Of a stretch of DNA of 64,000 bases, positions 35,307 through 47,079 are shown in pieces. Each line of letters starts with the position of its first letter. The stretch's first letter is position 1. The notes under the pieces are model-generated. The model had not been told where the DNA came from. It did not search any database and saw only the letters and a program-made list of their open reading frames with translations. This DNA is from Hemiscyllium ocellatum (Eukaryota). Both the position numbers and the translations under genes were made by a program. Location of the stretch: NCBI RefSeq assembly GCF_020745735.1, contig NC_083435.1, positions 37,039,090-37,103,089 of the forward strand. Reading direction: 5' to 3'.

Positions 35307-35844
35307 TGTAAAGGCAGAGGTGCCAATATGTCTGCAAATGGTTACTATAAACAATGACAGGGGAGTAGCCAGTTCTCCCAGCTCAGGTCATTTTCTAGTT
35401 TGGTTTGTTTTCAGCAGGCAGTCAGAACTTGCTGGTAGCAGAGAAGCTGCTACAATTAAAAAAAAGGTTCCATGCTTCAACAGATATTTCTTGCCTGACT
35501 CTTCTCTCTGCAATCTCTCCTGCCTGTAAGAACCTGGGTTTGAAATTCCTTTTTGCCAAGAGATATGTTTGTGGAGCATCACAGGGACTGGAACAGCTCC
35601 TTAGTTAAGTTGCTATCTCAGGTCAGATGGGTTTTCAAATCGCTGTTATTCCGAATTCTGTTTTATTTTGTTCATGTTTCAACTGTAGGGTGTAAATAAG
35701 TTGTGTTTTGCTTCAAGCTGAGTGGTTTGACCAGCTGCATCACTCCTGGAATATTCACTTCACATCTGCCTTTAAAACAGGAAAATGTTAGGGTCTGGGT
35801 GACCTTCTTAAAGTGTTTTGTGGGGCCTGGCCTGGTCCAGAACA
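35307..35844 (+). mobile_element. LTR (TGT...ACA) abutting the psi alpha1 fragment
   Basis: Homologous to 16716-17315. Confidence 0.65.
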
Positions 35845-35979
35845 CTGATTGAAAGATTGTGCCATGAATTGCTGCCTGGCAATTGTCCTTTGAATATTAC
35901 TGACATGATAATTAACTATAACTCCATTCACCATTGCAACCTTTGTTACAACAGAAAAATCTTCAGTGCCAGAAATTGC
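35845..35979 (-). pseudogene. MHC class I alpha1 exon fragment of dead paralogue psi
   Basis: Translates to AISGTEDFSVVTKVAMVNGVIVNYHVSNIQRTIARQQFMAQSFNQ, colinear with gene B AVSGIKDFPEVTNIAIVKGVQLNYHDTNIGRMVPRQQFMVDYFDA. It has no acceptor and is cut by an LTR. Confidence 0.85.
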
Positions 35980-36690
35980 TGGAACAGTAACCGGGGGGCA
36001 CCCAGTCTATCACTAACCTGGAACAGTAACCAGGGCACACCTGGTCTATCACTAACTTGGAATGGTAAACTGGGACACACCCGGTCTATCATTAACCTGT
36101 GGCAGTAACCTGGCAACACACAGTCTATCACGAAACTGGAACAGTAACCAGCGATACACCTGGTCTAACACTAACCTGGAACAGTAACCTGGGACACAAT
36201 CAGTCTATCACTAACCTGGAGCAGTAACCGAGGATACACCTGGTCTATCACTAACCTGGAAGAGTAACCTGGGAACACACAGTCTATCACTAACCTGGAG
36301 CAGTAACCTAAGACACACCTATTTTATTACTAACCTGGAATAATAATCGGGGACAGATCTGGTCTATCACTAACCTAAATAGATCTCTTCATGCTGTTAC
36401 TAATCAAGGACAATCTGCCACTTTTCACATGGACCTTACGTTATTAGAATACATCAATGAATTTTAACCCATTCACCGAATCCCTGTGATGTTTGACACA
36501 CCCAGTCTATCACTAACCTGGAACAATAACCAGGGGGAACCCGGTCAATCACTAACCTGGAACAGTAATAAGGGACACACTCAATCTATCACCAACCTGA
36601 AATAGTAACCAGGGCACACCCAGTCTATCACTAACCTGGTACAGTAACCTGGGACACACCTGGTCTATCTCTAACCTAAATCGATCTCCC
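35979..36690 (+). repeat. 39-40-bp minisatellite in two blocks (about 10 and about 5 units)
   Basis: Unit approximately GTCTATCACTAACCTGGAACAGTAACCAGGGCACACCTG. The same repeat occurs at 60655-60760. Confidence 0.92.
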
Positions 36691-37049
36691 ACAGAAGGCA
36701 GTTTAAGAAAAACAGTTGATTTAATCCAATGCATTCAGGCTGCTTGGCTCAGACATGCCAGCAGAACAAACAGGACACAAACAGAGGAGAAAAGCTTCAA
36801 ACAAATGGGCATGTCCCAGAGGCAGAGAGAAAAATCAGTCAGGACAGTGAAACACTAACACTCTCCCGGGAATGATGCTCAGCCCAGAGAAAATGACTCC
36901 TTTCCCATGGGAAACCCAGTCCTGCCAGCCTAAGACCTTCCCCAGGGGCAGTAAAGAGATAGGATGTTCCAGTCCATGAGGTTAGATGCCCCATTAAAAC
37001 AGGATTAAAGACAGAGGAGTTAGCCATCTGTTTACCTTTCCCCCAGCCC

Positions 37050-37815
37050 AGCCTATCCCACTTCCTGGGCAGTACCCTGGTGTTAACCTAGAACCTGGGT
37101 AAGTTGGTTTTTTTTTCCCCTATAAAGGCGTGCAGCTTCAAGGCCTCGGCCTCACTCTCTCAGCAGAGCAGGTAAGGGCTGTTTGGCAGTGCTGCTTGAA
37201 GGCTCGGTGACGTTTGTTTAACGGTTTAAATTTGAATTTTTTTTAAAAAAGCACGGAGTGGACCCGGAAGCTGGTGTAGCGCAAGCTTACCTGGGTAAGT
37301 TGTTTCCCTATAAAGGCGCGCAGGAGAGGAACCCGAGGTAGTGCCTCCCACCCGCTCTCCTCCTCTCACCTAATAATAAGCCCCGTTGTGGTAAGAAGGT
37401 AAGTGCTACATTTTGCTTTTTCTAGTGTTTAGACCGAGTTTTTTTTTAAAGGTTACTTTTAGAGGGATGGCAGTGAAGGCAGTGCAATGTTCCTCTTGCA
37501 ACATGTTTGAGGTGAGGGATGCCATGGTCGTCCCTGCTGATTACACTTGCAGGAAGTGCACCCATCTCCAGCTCCTCCAAGACCGTGTTAGGGATCTGGA
37601 GCTGGAGTTGGATGAACTTAGGATCATTCGGGAGGCAGAAGGGGGTCATAGGTCAGAGCTTTAGGGAAGTAGTAACTCCAAAGATTGCAGACAGATGGGT
37701 GACAGTGAGGGGGACTGGGAGGAAGCAGCCAGTGCAGGGACCCCTTGCAGCCGTTCCCCTCAAGAACAAGTACCGTTTTGGATTCTTGTGGGGGGGGATG
37801 ACTTACAAGGGGTAA
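37050..37815 (+). mobile_element. CR1 LINE 5' part (5'UTR and ORF1 zinc finger / leucine zipper), 3'-truncated
   Basis: MAVKAVQCSSCNMFEVR...YTCRKCTHLQLLQDRVRDLELELDELR. Confidence 0.8.
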
Positions 37816-37825
37816 GTTGTCTATT

Positions 37826-38150
37826 GGAACCATTTCCCATTTGCTCTGAGCTTCTCTGATCTCAGGGTTTCTGCATTTTGGAGAATGGGGTTAAGCCGCT
37901 GTCCCTGTTCCAATCAGAGACTGGGAGGAAGGGGAGTTGGCACCAACTGGTGTTGAGAGTCTGGAAGGACAAACCACCTTCTCCCCCACCAGTCCATGTC
38001 AATGCTGAGCTGCAGGTCATTTCCTGAGCTTCAAGCTGCAGAAGCAGAGAGTCAGTGATTGGTCCTAGTCTCAGTAAAATACCCAATAAAGAGATGAACA
38101 GATTTCTGTCACCAGTTCCCAGGAGGGTCACACTCAGACAGGTTGAGTTA
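37826..38150 (-). pseudogene. Orphan class I promoter of psi, with the leader exon deleted
   Basis: 37826-37876 matches gene B intron 1 (31700-31750). 37874-38150 matches the gene B 5' region (32002 to about 32260), including X-like CCTGGGAACTGGTGAC and an intact ATTGG Y box at 38083-38087. Confidence 0.8.
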
Positions 38151-38179
38151 CTCACTTTAGTGCATGGATAAGCCGAGAG

Positions 38180-39850
38180 GGAAAAGGGAGAAAGAGAGAG
38201 ATTTTGAACTTCAGAAGTTGGTACTGAAAAATGAAAGACAATTTAAAATGGTGGGTGTAGAGGTGAAAGGTGGGATTAGTGATGGGAATAGTGATGGCCA
38301 GTAAACCCAGTGTAGCCAAAGGCCTGGTGGGATCTGTTTATCTCTGTCCAAGCCTTGGCTAGGTTTGGCAAGAACTATGTGGAAGCCCTTTTTAATTCAT
38401 TTGTGAAAGTGGCTAAACAAATGGAATCTGCGAGGAGAAAGTGAGGGCTGCAGATGCTGGAGATCAGCGCTGAAAATGTGTTGCTGGTAAAGCGCAGCAG
38501 GTCAGGCAGCATCCAAGGAGAAGGAGAATCGACGTTTCAGGCATGATCCCTTCTTCAGGAAGAAGGGCTCATGCCCGAAACCTCGATTTTCCTGCTCTTT
38601 GGATGCTGGCCTGACCTGCTGCGCTTTTCCAGCAACACATTTTTCAGCTCTAAACAAATGGAATGGCTAGTGATCATTGAGGGCATTATTAATGCAAACA
38701 GAGGTAGTAGATAAAGCTGGTGAAGTGTTTGAATCACTATCAGAGGAGGTACCTGAGGAATATGAGAAGGTAAACAAAACCAAATATGCAGATGAACTAG
38801 TGCCAGAGGTCAACAGCTAATGTTTTGAAATCTAAAGAAGGTACCTCATCAGGCTACTTTGAGTTTGAAAGAATCAAACAAGGTAACTTTAAGAGGTGAA
38901 TAGGGGCATTAAAATAGATCAGACATATGACACTTCTAGGGGGAACTGTTATTTTGGAGGATTTGAAAATTAATTCCCTGATTTAGCGTGAACACATATG
39001 GAAGAGCTCAGAGATTAGCAGCAGAATTGGCTGATGATTATTTCAATCTGTGAGGGACAGAATTTGGGCAGAGCTATCCTCAGGTGGTAAAGGAAAGGGT
39101 TGAAGACAATAAAGACAGTTTACCACAAATTAAAAAGGAAACCCAAGAAGGGGGAAGAGAAATTTTCAAAACTCAGACATTTTCACTGTCATAAGGAAGG
39201 AGACATGAGTTGCAATGTTGGCAGTTGAGGAAAAGCACTGGGAAGAAGGATATGGTAAAACAGGAGAAGCCAGTGGGGTTTGTTAAAGCAGTGAAGGAGA
39301 TTGATCACAGTAGAAGCTAAAAAGCTGCAGGAGGAATGTACAGCCTGGTCAGGGGTTGGTTGAGAAGAAAGAGCCAGATCTCTTTAAGGAACGTTCCTGT
39401 GCAGGAGGAAGCGCATGGAAACAGGAAACATCAATCTTTGATGCTGAGGAATGAGGGAATATGTCATTCAAAAGGAGGACAGGGGCGACCCCAGTATCCA
39501 TGGAATTGTTTTCTGTGGTTTCAGTTACTGCCGCCCGAACACATGAAAGGGAATGTTCCGGAACCAGGGACCAGGAGGCTGCCGGGAAGGTACATTTCCC
39601 ATGTAAATGAATGGGCTCGCTCCTATCCACCATTTCAAGTTTCCGCAGATAGGTCCTGGAACGTATCCCCCCTGGGTACGGGGGAGACTACTGTATTGAC
39701 AGAAATTTGGGAATATGTTGCATTCAAATTCAAAGTGAGGTTGGAGAGTCCGGTGAAAAGTGGTGGAAGGTCAATAGGAATATGAGAGAAATTCCCTGTT
39801 CAGGAAATACAGTTTATCCTTGGAAAGGAGGCAGCTGGATTACGGGTGGG
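38180..39850 (+). mobile_element. Degenerate Gypsy (Gmr1-like) gag region
   Basis: KVAKQMEW...QTEVVDKAGEVFESLSEEVPEEYEKV across frameshifts resembles the SCAN-related capsid of Gmr1-like elements. Confidence 0.5.
38428..38649. mobile_element. 222-bp hairpin insertion (Penelope-type terminal repeat, tail-to-tail) with a 15-bp TSD
   Basis: CTAAACAAATGGAAT occurs at 38413-38427 and 38650-38664; the long inverted arms are centred near 38557. Confidence 0.85.
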
Positions 39851-42474
39851 AGTGATACCTACTGTGTTTGGAAAACCAGTTGAAAACCCAACAATTGAGG
39901 TGTCACAGGAAATATATCCTGGGATTTTTCCTGATTGTGTGGGTAGATGCCAGTGTTGTAACTGTACTGGAACAGTTTGGATATAGCACAAGCCTGCACC
40001 ACCTGCTGCAGACCCAGTCTAGCAGCTATATCCTTTAGTACAAGTCTGATGTTGGTCATCAAATCCATCTCACACACTCACATCCTCAGGGAATATCGAT
40101 GAAATGGAAGCGATGTCCAGAATCTCCATCAGGTTCTGACACAATCTCCATTCCCTCACATTTGTGTGTTCCCATCTCTGGGAATGGACTTTCCCTGATT
40201 GTGTTGACAGGTACGGAATTATCATTTGGATTTTACAATAGAGGCAGATGGATATTGGTCAGTTTGTAAAGGTGATCATATTAAAGAGGTCAGAAAGTCA
40301 TTTAAAACAGGTGATCATTGTGCATCAATTCTCATATAGCAAACAAACAGAATCCCTTGGGTGTGAATGAATTAAGACTTGTCACTGCTGAGTTCATGCC
40401 AAACTGGGAAAAGAGAGAAAGGTCAATAGTTTCGTTTTGACTTCAGGACAGAAGGTTAAAGGTCTCAGTTCAGGGGTGAGAACAGTTTTCTCCTTGTAAG
40501 AAAATGACATTTTCAGTTCAATCCAGGAAAACCAGAGACCCGAGCCAGAGGGCTGCAGTTTCTGGAACTTCTCAACTGGGAGAGTTTGGATCAAAGTCAG
40601 TTGTTGGAACTGGAAAGATTGAAACAATCCGAATTGTGAAAGGTTCATTCCAGCAGATTTGGGAAGGAGTCATGAATCTGTCTCAGCGTTCCAAGGATAA
40701 GGAACTAGGGAAAGCCAGTAAAATAAATACTGACAGAATTGACCTTTTAGTGAATATCTGTAACCGTGTTGTGGAACAGATTGAACCCGTTTTCTTATTT
40801 GCACAAAGATCTTTCTGACTGCGGATATATACTGTATATAAAATACACAGCTTTGGTTGTTTCTTTTCCTTTCTTGTGTCAACATAGACTCCCTTGTAAA
40901 AGAACATCAGCAGCTTCATGTGAATATGTTTCAGTGACTAACCTGCATGGTAACCCCATCTACAAATATTCCACCTCGAACCCAGGTTTCATTCCAGGAT
41001 TGGACTGTCCCTGGTGACCGAATATCATTCAAACTGACGGGAATTTTGTTCCTGCAGATGGAACGAGTGTGACACAGACTTGCAGCAAGTGACTGAGGGA
41101 ACAGAGAGTCAGGAATAAAATCCATTTTCATTTTATTCACATTTCTTACATTCTCATTATTCAAGCACTGTATCATTTTTCAAACCGGAATTACATTGTA
41201 CCAAAAGATAGCTGACATCGTTTAAAAGATTCTGACAGGATTGATCAGGAGCAATGACTTTTTTTTTATCAAGAGTTATCACCTCAGTATAATCATTAAC
41301 ATGTCCAATTGGAGGATAGACTTGAAGCTGAAATCTTATTCCTGGAGAGTGGACAGGACAGGGGCCACTTTACAATTCTTTCCTGATAACGTCTCAAGGA
41401 TTGTATGGGTCATTCAGCTGGTGAGCCTGCCCTTTCCTCCCTCCAATAGCTGCTGGGTCACCAGTCAGTGAAGTATTCCTGATTCTCAGCAGCTGCCTGG
41501 CCCTCTCTTCACACTCCCCTCCACACCCCCTCTCCCTCTGGGGAATGAACACTCCCAGACATGATCAACCATCCAGCTCTGAAACACACATATGAAATAA
41601 ACCTCAGTCTGTGCTTCCTGGTTAGTTTGGGGAAGGCTTGTTGGGGAGTTGGATGGTCTTAACTCCCCCAGTTCACATTGAAGTGAAGCTCAACATCTGC
41701 TGATTCCAAGAGCCACAAGCTGCTGCTGTGTAAATGAATATAATCGTTCTTGTGGAATCATTAATAAAAACATCAAAATCAATAAGACAATAAATAACTT
41801 CTAGCGATTACAAATGACACATATTGGTGATTGTAGTTAAACAATGGTGATAAATAGTGACAGATTTAAGTATTCAACAATAAATCAGATTTAGAGTATT
41901 TATATAGACATTTATCTAAGAATTAGAATGTGTAAAACTGATATGTATGTACAGAGCTTACATAACATGTGAAGTTTGTTAATGTCAGATACAAAACCAA
42001 TTTCCTTCAATATAAAAACTGTCCCTGAGTTCCCTCAGGACATTGCTTCATTTCAGGTCAATCAGTGACACATTGAAGACAGTGAGGATGAGAAAGTGTG
42101 AGGGAGGAACCATCCGTGAGGATCCCTCTGATGGTGACACTGCACACATTTCTGGGACGGGATGGAAACACGACTTGAGAAGGTCTCACTTGAAGAACCA
42201 GGATTCAAACTTGTGGATCTGGGATTCACTGCTCAATCTGTGGAAACACATTCTCTGAAAAATTGATCTCAGTCCTGAAGGAATTGAGTGTGAGCAATGA
42301 GCTGTAATTCTGTGTGTCTGCTGTGATATGGAAGGATGGACAATGGTGTCCATGTTCACACTGGAACTGGAGAATCCCGTTATTCCGCAATGAGGCTCCA
42401 GGAATGTCCTGTAGCGGGGCCCAGGAAACCCCAAGGTGAGGAATGGAGAGACACAAGGCAATCACTTCAGGGTG

Positions 42475-42785
42475 GGGAAGGGAGGGGAATTAGTCTGACA
42501 GGATTAACAGTGACTGGGAGGGTGGGACAGGGTCAGGAGGGGAGAGGAGTTAGTCTGACAGGGTTTATCAGTGTCTGAGAGGGTGGGACAGGGTCAGGAG
42601 GGGAGGGGAATTAGTCTGACAGGGTATAACAGTGTCTGAGAGGGTGGGACAGGGTCAGGAGGGGAGGGGAATTAGTCTGACAGGGTATAACAGTGTCTGG
42701 GAGGGTGGGACAGGGTCAGGAGGGGAGGGGAATTAGTCTGACAGGGTTTCACAGTGTCTGAGAGGGTGGGACAGGGTCAGGAGGG
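42475..42785 (+). repeat. 61-bp G-rich minisatellite, about 5 units (paralogue of 14050-14790)
   Basis: Same repeat unit as at 14050-14790. Confidence 0.92.
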
Positions 42786-42991
42786 ATGTGAAAATGTTAC
42801 AAATAAATCTAGAGAATCTAAATCTAAATAAATTGAAGTCAGAGAAAAGTTGACATGTCACTTACTGAATCATGAAGAAGCTGCACCAGAGACTTCAAAA
42901 GCTGAGAAAATAAAAACAGAACATGAGAAATTATATCAAATATAAAATAAGACAGTGTGAGATATTCTCTATCACTCACTGGACCCAGGAT

Positions 42992-43011
42992 TTAATCGCC
43001 CTCAGCATTAA
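42992..43011 (-). CDS. Gene A last coding exon (I)NAEGD-stop
   Basis: Homologous to 14954-14973, with the stop position conserved (TAA versus TGA). Confidence 0.45.
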
Positions 43012-43230
43012 CTAACCAGACTCTCCGAGCCCCCCCCAGTGGGAATTAAGGGTGAGTGAGTGGAGGGAGGGGCTGTGGGGGAAGGGAATGGAGGGTGACA
43101 ATTCGAAGGAGAGACACTGGGGACATGGAGTAGAGAAACAGGACGATAAGAGAGTGTTGGCTGAGAAACAGGATTGTGAGGAGACGGACCCGTCACCCTG
43201 AGCAACACCCTGGCAAATATAACTCTACAC

Positions 43231-43547
43231 TCTAATAGGGGCAGCACAGTGGCTTAGTGGTTAGCACTGTTGCCTCACAGCACCAGGGACCCGGGTACAA
43301 TTCCCACCTCGGGTATCTGTCTGTGTGGAGTTTGCACATTCTCCCCGTGTCTGTGTGGGTTTCCTCCGGGTGCTCCGGTTTTCCACAATCCAAAGATGTG
43401 CAGGTCAGGTGAATTGGCCATGTTACATTGCCCATGGTGTTAGGTGTGTTAGTCAGGGGTAAATATAGGGTAGGGGAACGGGTCTGGGTGGGTTACTCTT
43501 CAGAGAGTTGGACTGAAAGGCCTGTTTCCATTCTGCAGGTGATTTGA
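43231..43547 (+). mobile_element. HE1-like SINE with a 7-bp TSD, present only in gene A
   Basis: TCTACAC at 43224-43230 and 43548-43554. The paralogous gene B intron (about 15190) has the empty site. Confidence 0.88.
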
Positions 43548-43606
43548 TCTACACCTCCCATTACCTTATCCATCTTTCCCAACACTCTGTCCCCTCAGTC
43601 ACTTAC

Positions 43607-43639
43607 TGGGAGCTGTTGTGTAGGTCCCACTTGGGGAAC
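43607..43639 (-). CDS. Gene A cytoplasmic exon GSPSGTYTTAP
   Basis: 33/33 nt identical to gene B. Confidence 0.78.
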
Positions 43640-44069
43640 CTGCAGAAACAAAATAACCATCCATTAGGATGGGGAATAACCCATTCTCAGAGAGTGAGAA
43701 CAGATGTTCAAAATTTATCAAGGTGATGGCACACAGACAAGGCAGTAAGGAAGGTTTTACAGAGATTGTGTCAGAAATCCTCATTCCCATACTCCCCTCC
43801 CCTGCATCCCCACCAGATGCAGAAAACCCCTTCCATTCCATTAATATTCACTCAGTGAGGATCTGATTGGGTGCAGTGGGTTTAATGATAAATATTAGAC
43901 CTGGTCTGGGCTGATCAGATAGTGAATGAGACGTGTTTATACGTGTGTATCTGTGTGTGGGGATTCAATCAGTTCCACTCCCCACAGTGCCCTGTACTCC
44001 CAGTACTGGAGATTCCCCCACACTCACTCTGTCCCCTCAGTTTCACATTCCCCTCTCTCTGATTCTTAC

Positions 44070-44186
44070 CTCTCCGTGGCCATTTCCAGATGATTATTCC
44101 GACTATCCCGAAAATAACAGCCAATGGAATGACTATTTTAATGAGACTTCCAAGATGGGAATGCGGCCAATTGCTTTTCTGATTTT
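44070..44186 (-). CDS. Gene A TM exon ENQKSNWPHSHLGSLIKIVIPLAVIFGIVGIIIWKWPRR
   Basis: 117 bp, AG/GT boundaries, phase 1/1. Confidence 0.85.
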
Positions 44187-44963
44187 CTGAAACACATTGG
44201 AAATATATCAGGATTCTCTCTGTTCCTGGATTTATTTCTAGCTCTGTGTTGATTGGGAACAATTTTAACTGCTCCAGGCTGTTGGGAATTGTTGGGATTG
44301 GTTGAAATGCTGGTTTGACCCTCACCCGATTTCACTCTCCAGTGAAGTCACCAAGGATCCCATCGATAGGGGTATAAACATCGTGTTGTACCTGTCCTGG
44401 GGGTTACCTCCCCAGACAGTTCAGTTCCCATTCTCCCCGATATCTCTGTGTCCTGTCCTTACTCATGCTGGTGGGGTAGATCGGCCTTGGTTGAGGTGAA
44501 GGAGTGAGTGAATGGTTGGAGGGGTGTAGTTAGGTGTCCCAGAAAGGCACTTCCTCAGTGGTTGGGCAAGGGGCAGTTTTGGGAACTCACTGGTGAGTGT
44601 CAGGGATGTTGAGTACCAATGGAATGGTGTTTGGGTGCCACAGTGGGCTGGGTGATGGGGCCTTGTTAGGCGTCCAGTTGTGGAGTTCTGTGTTGTGTCC
44701 CAGTTGTCTGTCCAGGGTGACGCACTGCGAGTCTGACAGACGTCAGGAGGCGGTGAGCTGGTGTTGGTGCTGGGGAGAGGTCAATTGTTGGTTGCAGAAT
44801 GTCCGGTCATGGGTTTGAGGGGATGGGGTCAAAGAGTTAAAGAGTCACACAACAAGTGTGCGTGTTCAGTCCAACTAGCCCACGTTGACCAGATATCCTC
44901 ATCAGTGGGTGAATGGAGGGATCAGCAGTACGTTTGGCGATATTCGGTTTTCTAGTTCTCTGG

Positions 44964-45597
44964 TGTCAGGGACCAGACCAGGCCCCCTCAAAATATTTGA
45001 ATAAGGTAGCCTCGATCTGAACTGCTTTTTATTTTAAAGCTAGATGGGAAATGCTGTGTTCCAGATACAATGCAAGTGGTCAAACAACTCGATGTTAAGC
45101 AAAACACAATTTACATAAATGCTGTAATTATAATACAAACAAAAGAAACAGAAATTTAGAATAACTTAATTGAAAAATGCAACCGAATACAGTACCTATT
45201 ACTAATTAACTGCTGTAATATTGTAACATCCTATAAACACCTTGGCAAAAAGGTAAATTCAGACACAGATTCTTCCATGCAGTTCTCCAATCCATGAGGA
45301 AATAATATCAAGAAAAAAATGCAAACAGTAGTAGGCAGGTGACACTCACTGAAGCTGCCAACTTGTTTGAGACCCCAAAGGCTTCTGATGTAACTGAAAA
45401 AACCAAACTGAGAAATCTGGATCTGTGAGAGCTGGCCATGCCCATTCAGACTGCTTCTATTGTTCCAACTTAAAAAAACACCCAGAGGCCTCACAACTGG
45501 TTTAGCTCAGTCATCATCACCAGGGAGTTTGGTGCCTCTGCCTTACAACCTCTCTTCAAAACAAAAACTAAGACACAAACAACCTTTTAAAGTGACA
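44964..45597 (-). mobile_element. Solo LTR, same family as 16716 and 35307, inverted
   Basis: TGTCA...TGACA termini and shared internal blocks. Confidence 0.6.
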
Positions 45598-46112
45598 GCA
45601 TCATCACATTAGGAGTTAATGAAGCTTCCAATCCCTAACTTCAGAACTTGAGGTCTTTCCAGAGGATTCTAGATGCGAGGTAATTGTCCATCGGAAGTTG
45701 AAACTTCCCGGACAAATCCCATTCAGTGAGTCAGGAATTCTGAGGGGTCCAGACCCTCCTCTCTCAGGGTGTGGTGTCCAGTCTCTGACTGTCTGGCTAC
45801 TGGACAATCTGGGCCCATGCCTGGTGCTGAAGCCTGGAATACAAGGGAATCTTCTTGTAATTCTGGTGAGATTATTCTGGAGTGAAATCGATGAGTACTT
45901 CACCAATAACAGGGCTTTGGGAATCTGCAATCCCCAGAAGGCTTTGGAAGCTTGGGATTCAGAGACTCTTTCAAACTTAGAATTGAAATCTTTAACTCAG
46001 TGAGACCAACATTGACAGATCAACACAGGGAACAAGGTGGGTAGTTGCAAACAAGGAAGTGAAAAAGTGTCCTCGAAATGGTTTCATCTGTCACATGTAT
46101 ATATACACGGAG

Positions 46113-46414
46113 NNNNNNNNNNNNNNNNNNNNNNNNNNNNNNNNNNNNNNNNNNNNNNNNNNNNNNNNNNNNNNNNNNNNNNNNNNNNNNNNNNNNNNNN
46201 NNNNNNNNNNNNNNNNNNNNNNNNNNNNNNNNNNNNNNNNNNNNNNNNNNNNNNNNNNNNNNNNNNNNNNNNNNNNNNNNNNNNNNNNNNNNNNNNNNNN
46301 NNNNNNNNNNNNNNNNNNNNNNNNNNNNNNNNNNNNNNNNNNNNNNNNNNNNNNNNNNNNNNNNNNNNNNNNNNNNNNNNNNNNNNNNNNNNNNNNNNNN
46401 NNNNNNNNNNNNNN
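46113..46414. other. Assembly gap covering the gene A alpha3 donor
   Basis: Run of N bases. Confidence 1.
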
Positions 46415-46687
46415 GATAGAGCTTGCCCTCTGCCAGGCTGCTGTGTTCAATTTGACAGGAGTATTGATCCTCATCCCCAGCATTGATCTCAATCTCTTTC
46501 TGGATCTGATGGGTCCCATCGTGGTTCGGTCGAACCCCCGAGGATTGGGTCTCAGACATGACCTCTCCATTCCTTAGCCAGGTCACCTCGATGTCTACAG
46601 GATAAAACCCAGTGACCAGGCAGGAGAGAGTGAGCGGCTTGTCCTGACCATTGGGCTCCCTCCTGGAGATGAACACTTCAGGCTGAA
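46415..46687 (-). CDS. Gene A alpha3 exon (last few bases lie in the gap)
   Basis: VQPEVFISRR...SCLVTGFYPVDIEVTW...YSCQIEHSSLAEGKLY. Confidence 0.93.
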
Positions 46688-46803
46688 CTGTGATGGGAAA
46701 GGGGGAAAACACAAACAACAGACAGACACTGAATGGAATGGGAGAACGGTTTCATAGATCAGTGAGGTTAGATCAGAACATGGAACAAAACTGAAATACA
46801 CAC

Positions 46804-47079
46804 CTTTCCTTGTGAAATATTCCTTTCCAGCTTTTAGATAGCTCTTTAAAGATTTAACATATCCTTTTTCCAGATGTATTTTCCAGTAGTTGTTCCAGGA
46901 ATTATCAGAATCCCATTTCTCTTTAGTCATCACTGCAATAGGATTGGATGCGATCCATCTCATTCTGTCTTGTTCTAAACTGATAAAGTCCTTTCCATCA
47001 AATCAAAATCTCATCGATCTCTTAATGCTGCCGTCATCACTGACCTCAACAGCAATTATCTGTTGAAAAATGTGAACTC
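46804..47079 (-). pseudogene. Gene A alpha2 exon with an in-frame TGA (Gly in gene B) and no cysteines
   Basis: ...AGA TCG ATG AGA TTT TGA TTT GAT GGA AAG..., with intact splice sites. Confidence 0.9.

Noticed and set aside
35979-36690. Regular 39-40-bp repeats resembling a CRISPR array
   Set aside because: The units are contiguous with no unique spacers, there are no cas genes, and the context is vertebrate. This is a minisatellite.
36735-36812. Signal-peptide-like mini-ORF MPICLKLFSSVCVLFVLLACLSQAA* on the minus strand as a possible leader exon
   Set aside because: It ends in a stop with no credible phase-1 GT donor. The true leader family (MLLILLS...) was found at 31953-32004 and 5442-5493.
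44350-44960. Possible retroviral-like coding fragment in the gene A alpha3-TM intron
   Set aside because: No diagnostic motif could be read in any frame, so it is left unannotated.
46020-46718. Long ORFs (113-232 aa) at 46.0-46.7 kb and 34.3-34.5 kb
   Set aside because: They are inflated by N runs; only the alpha3 part is real.
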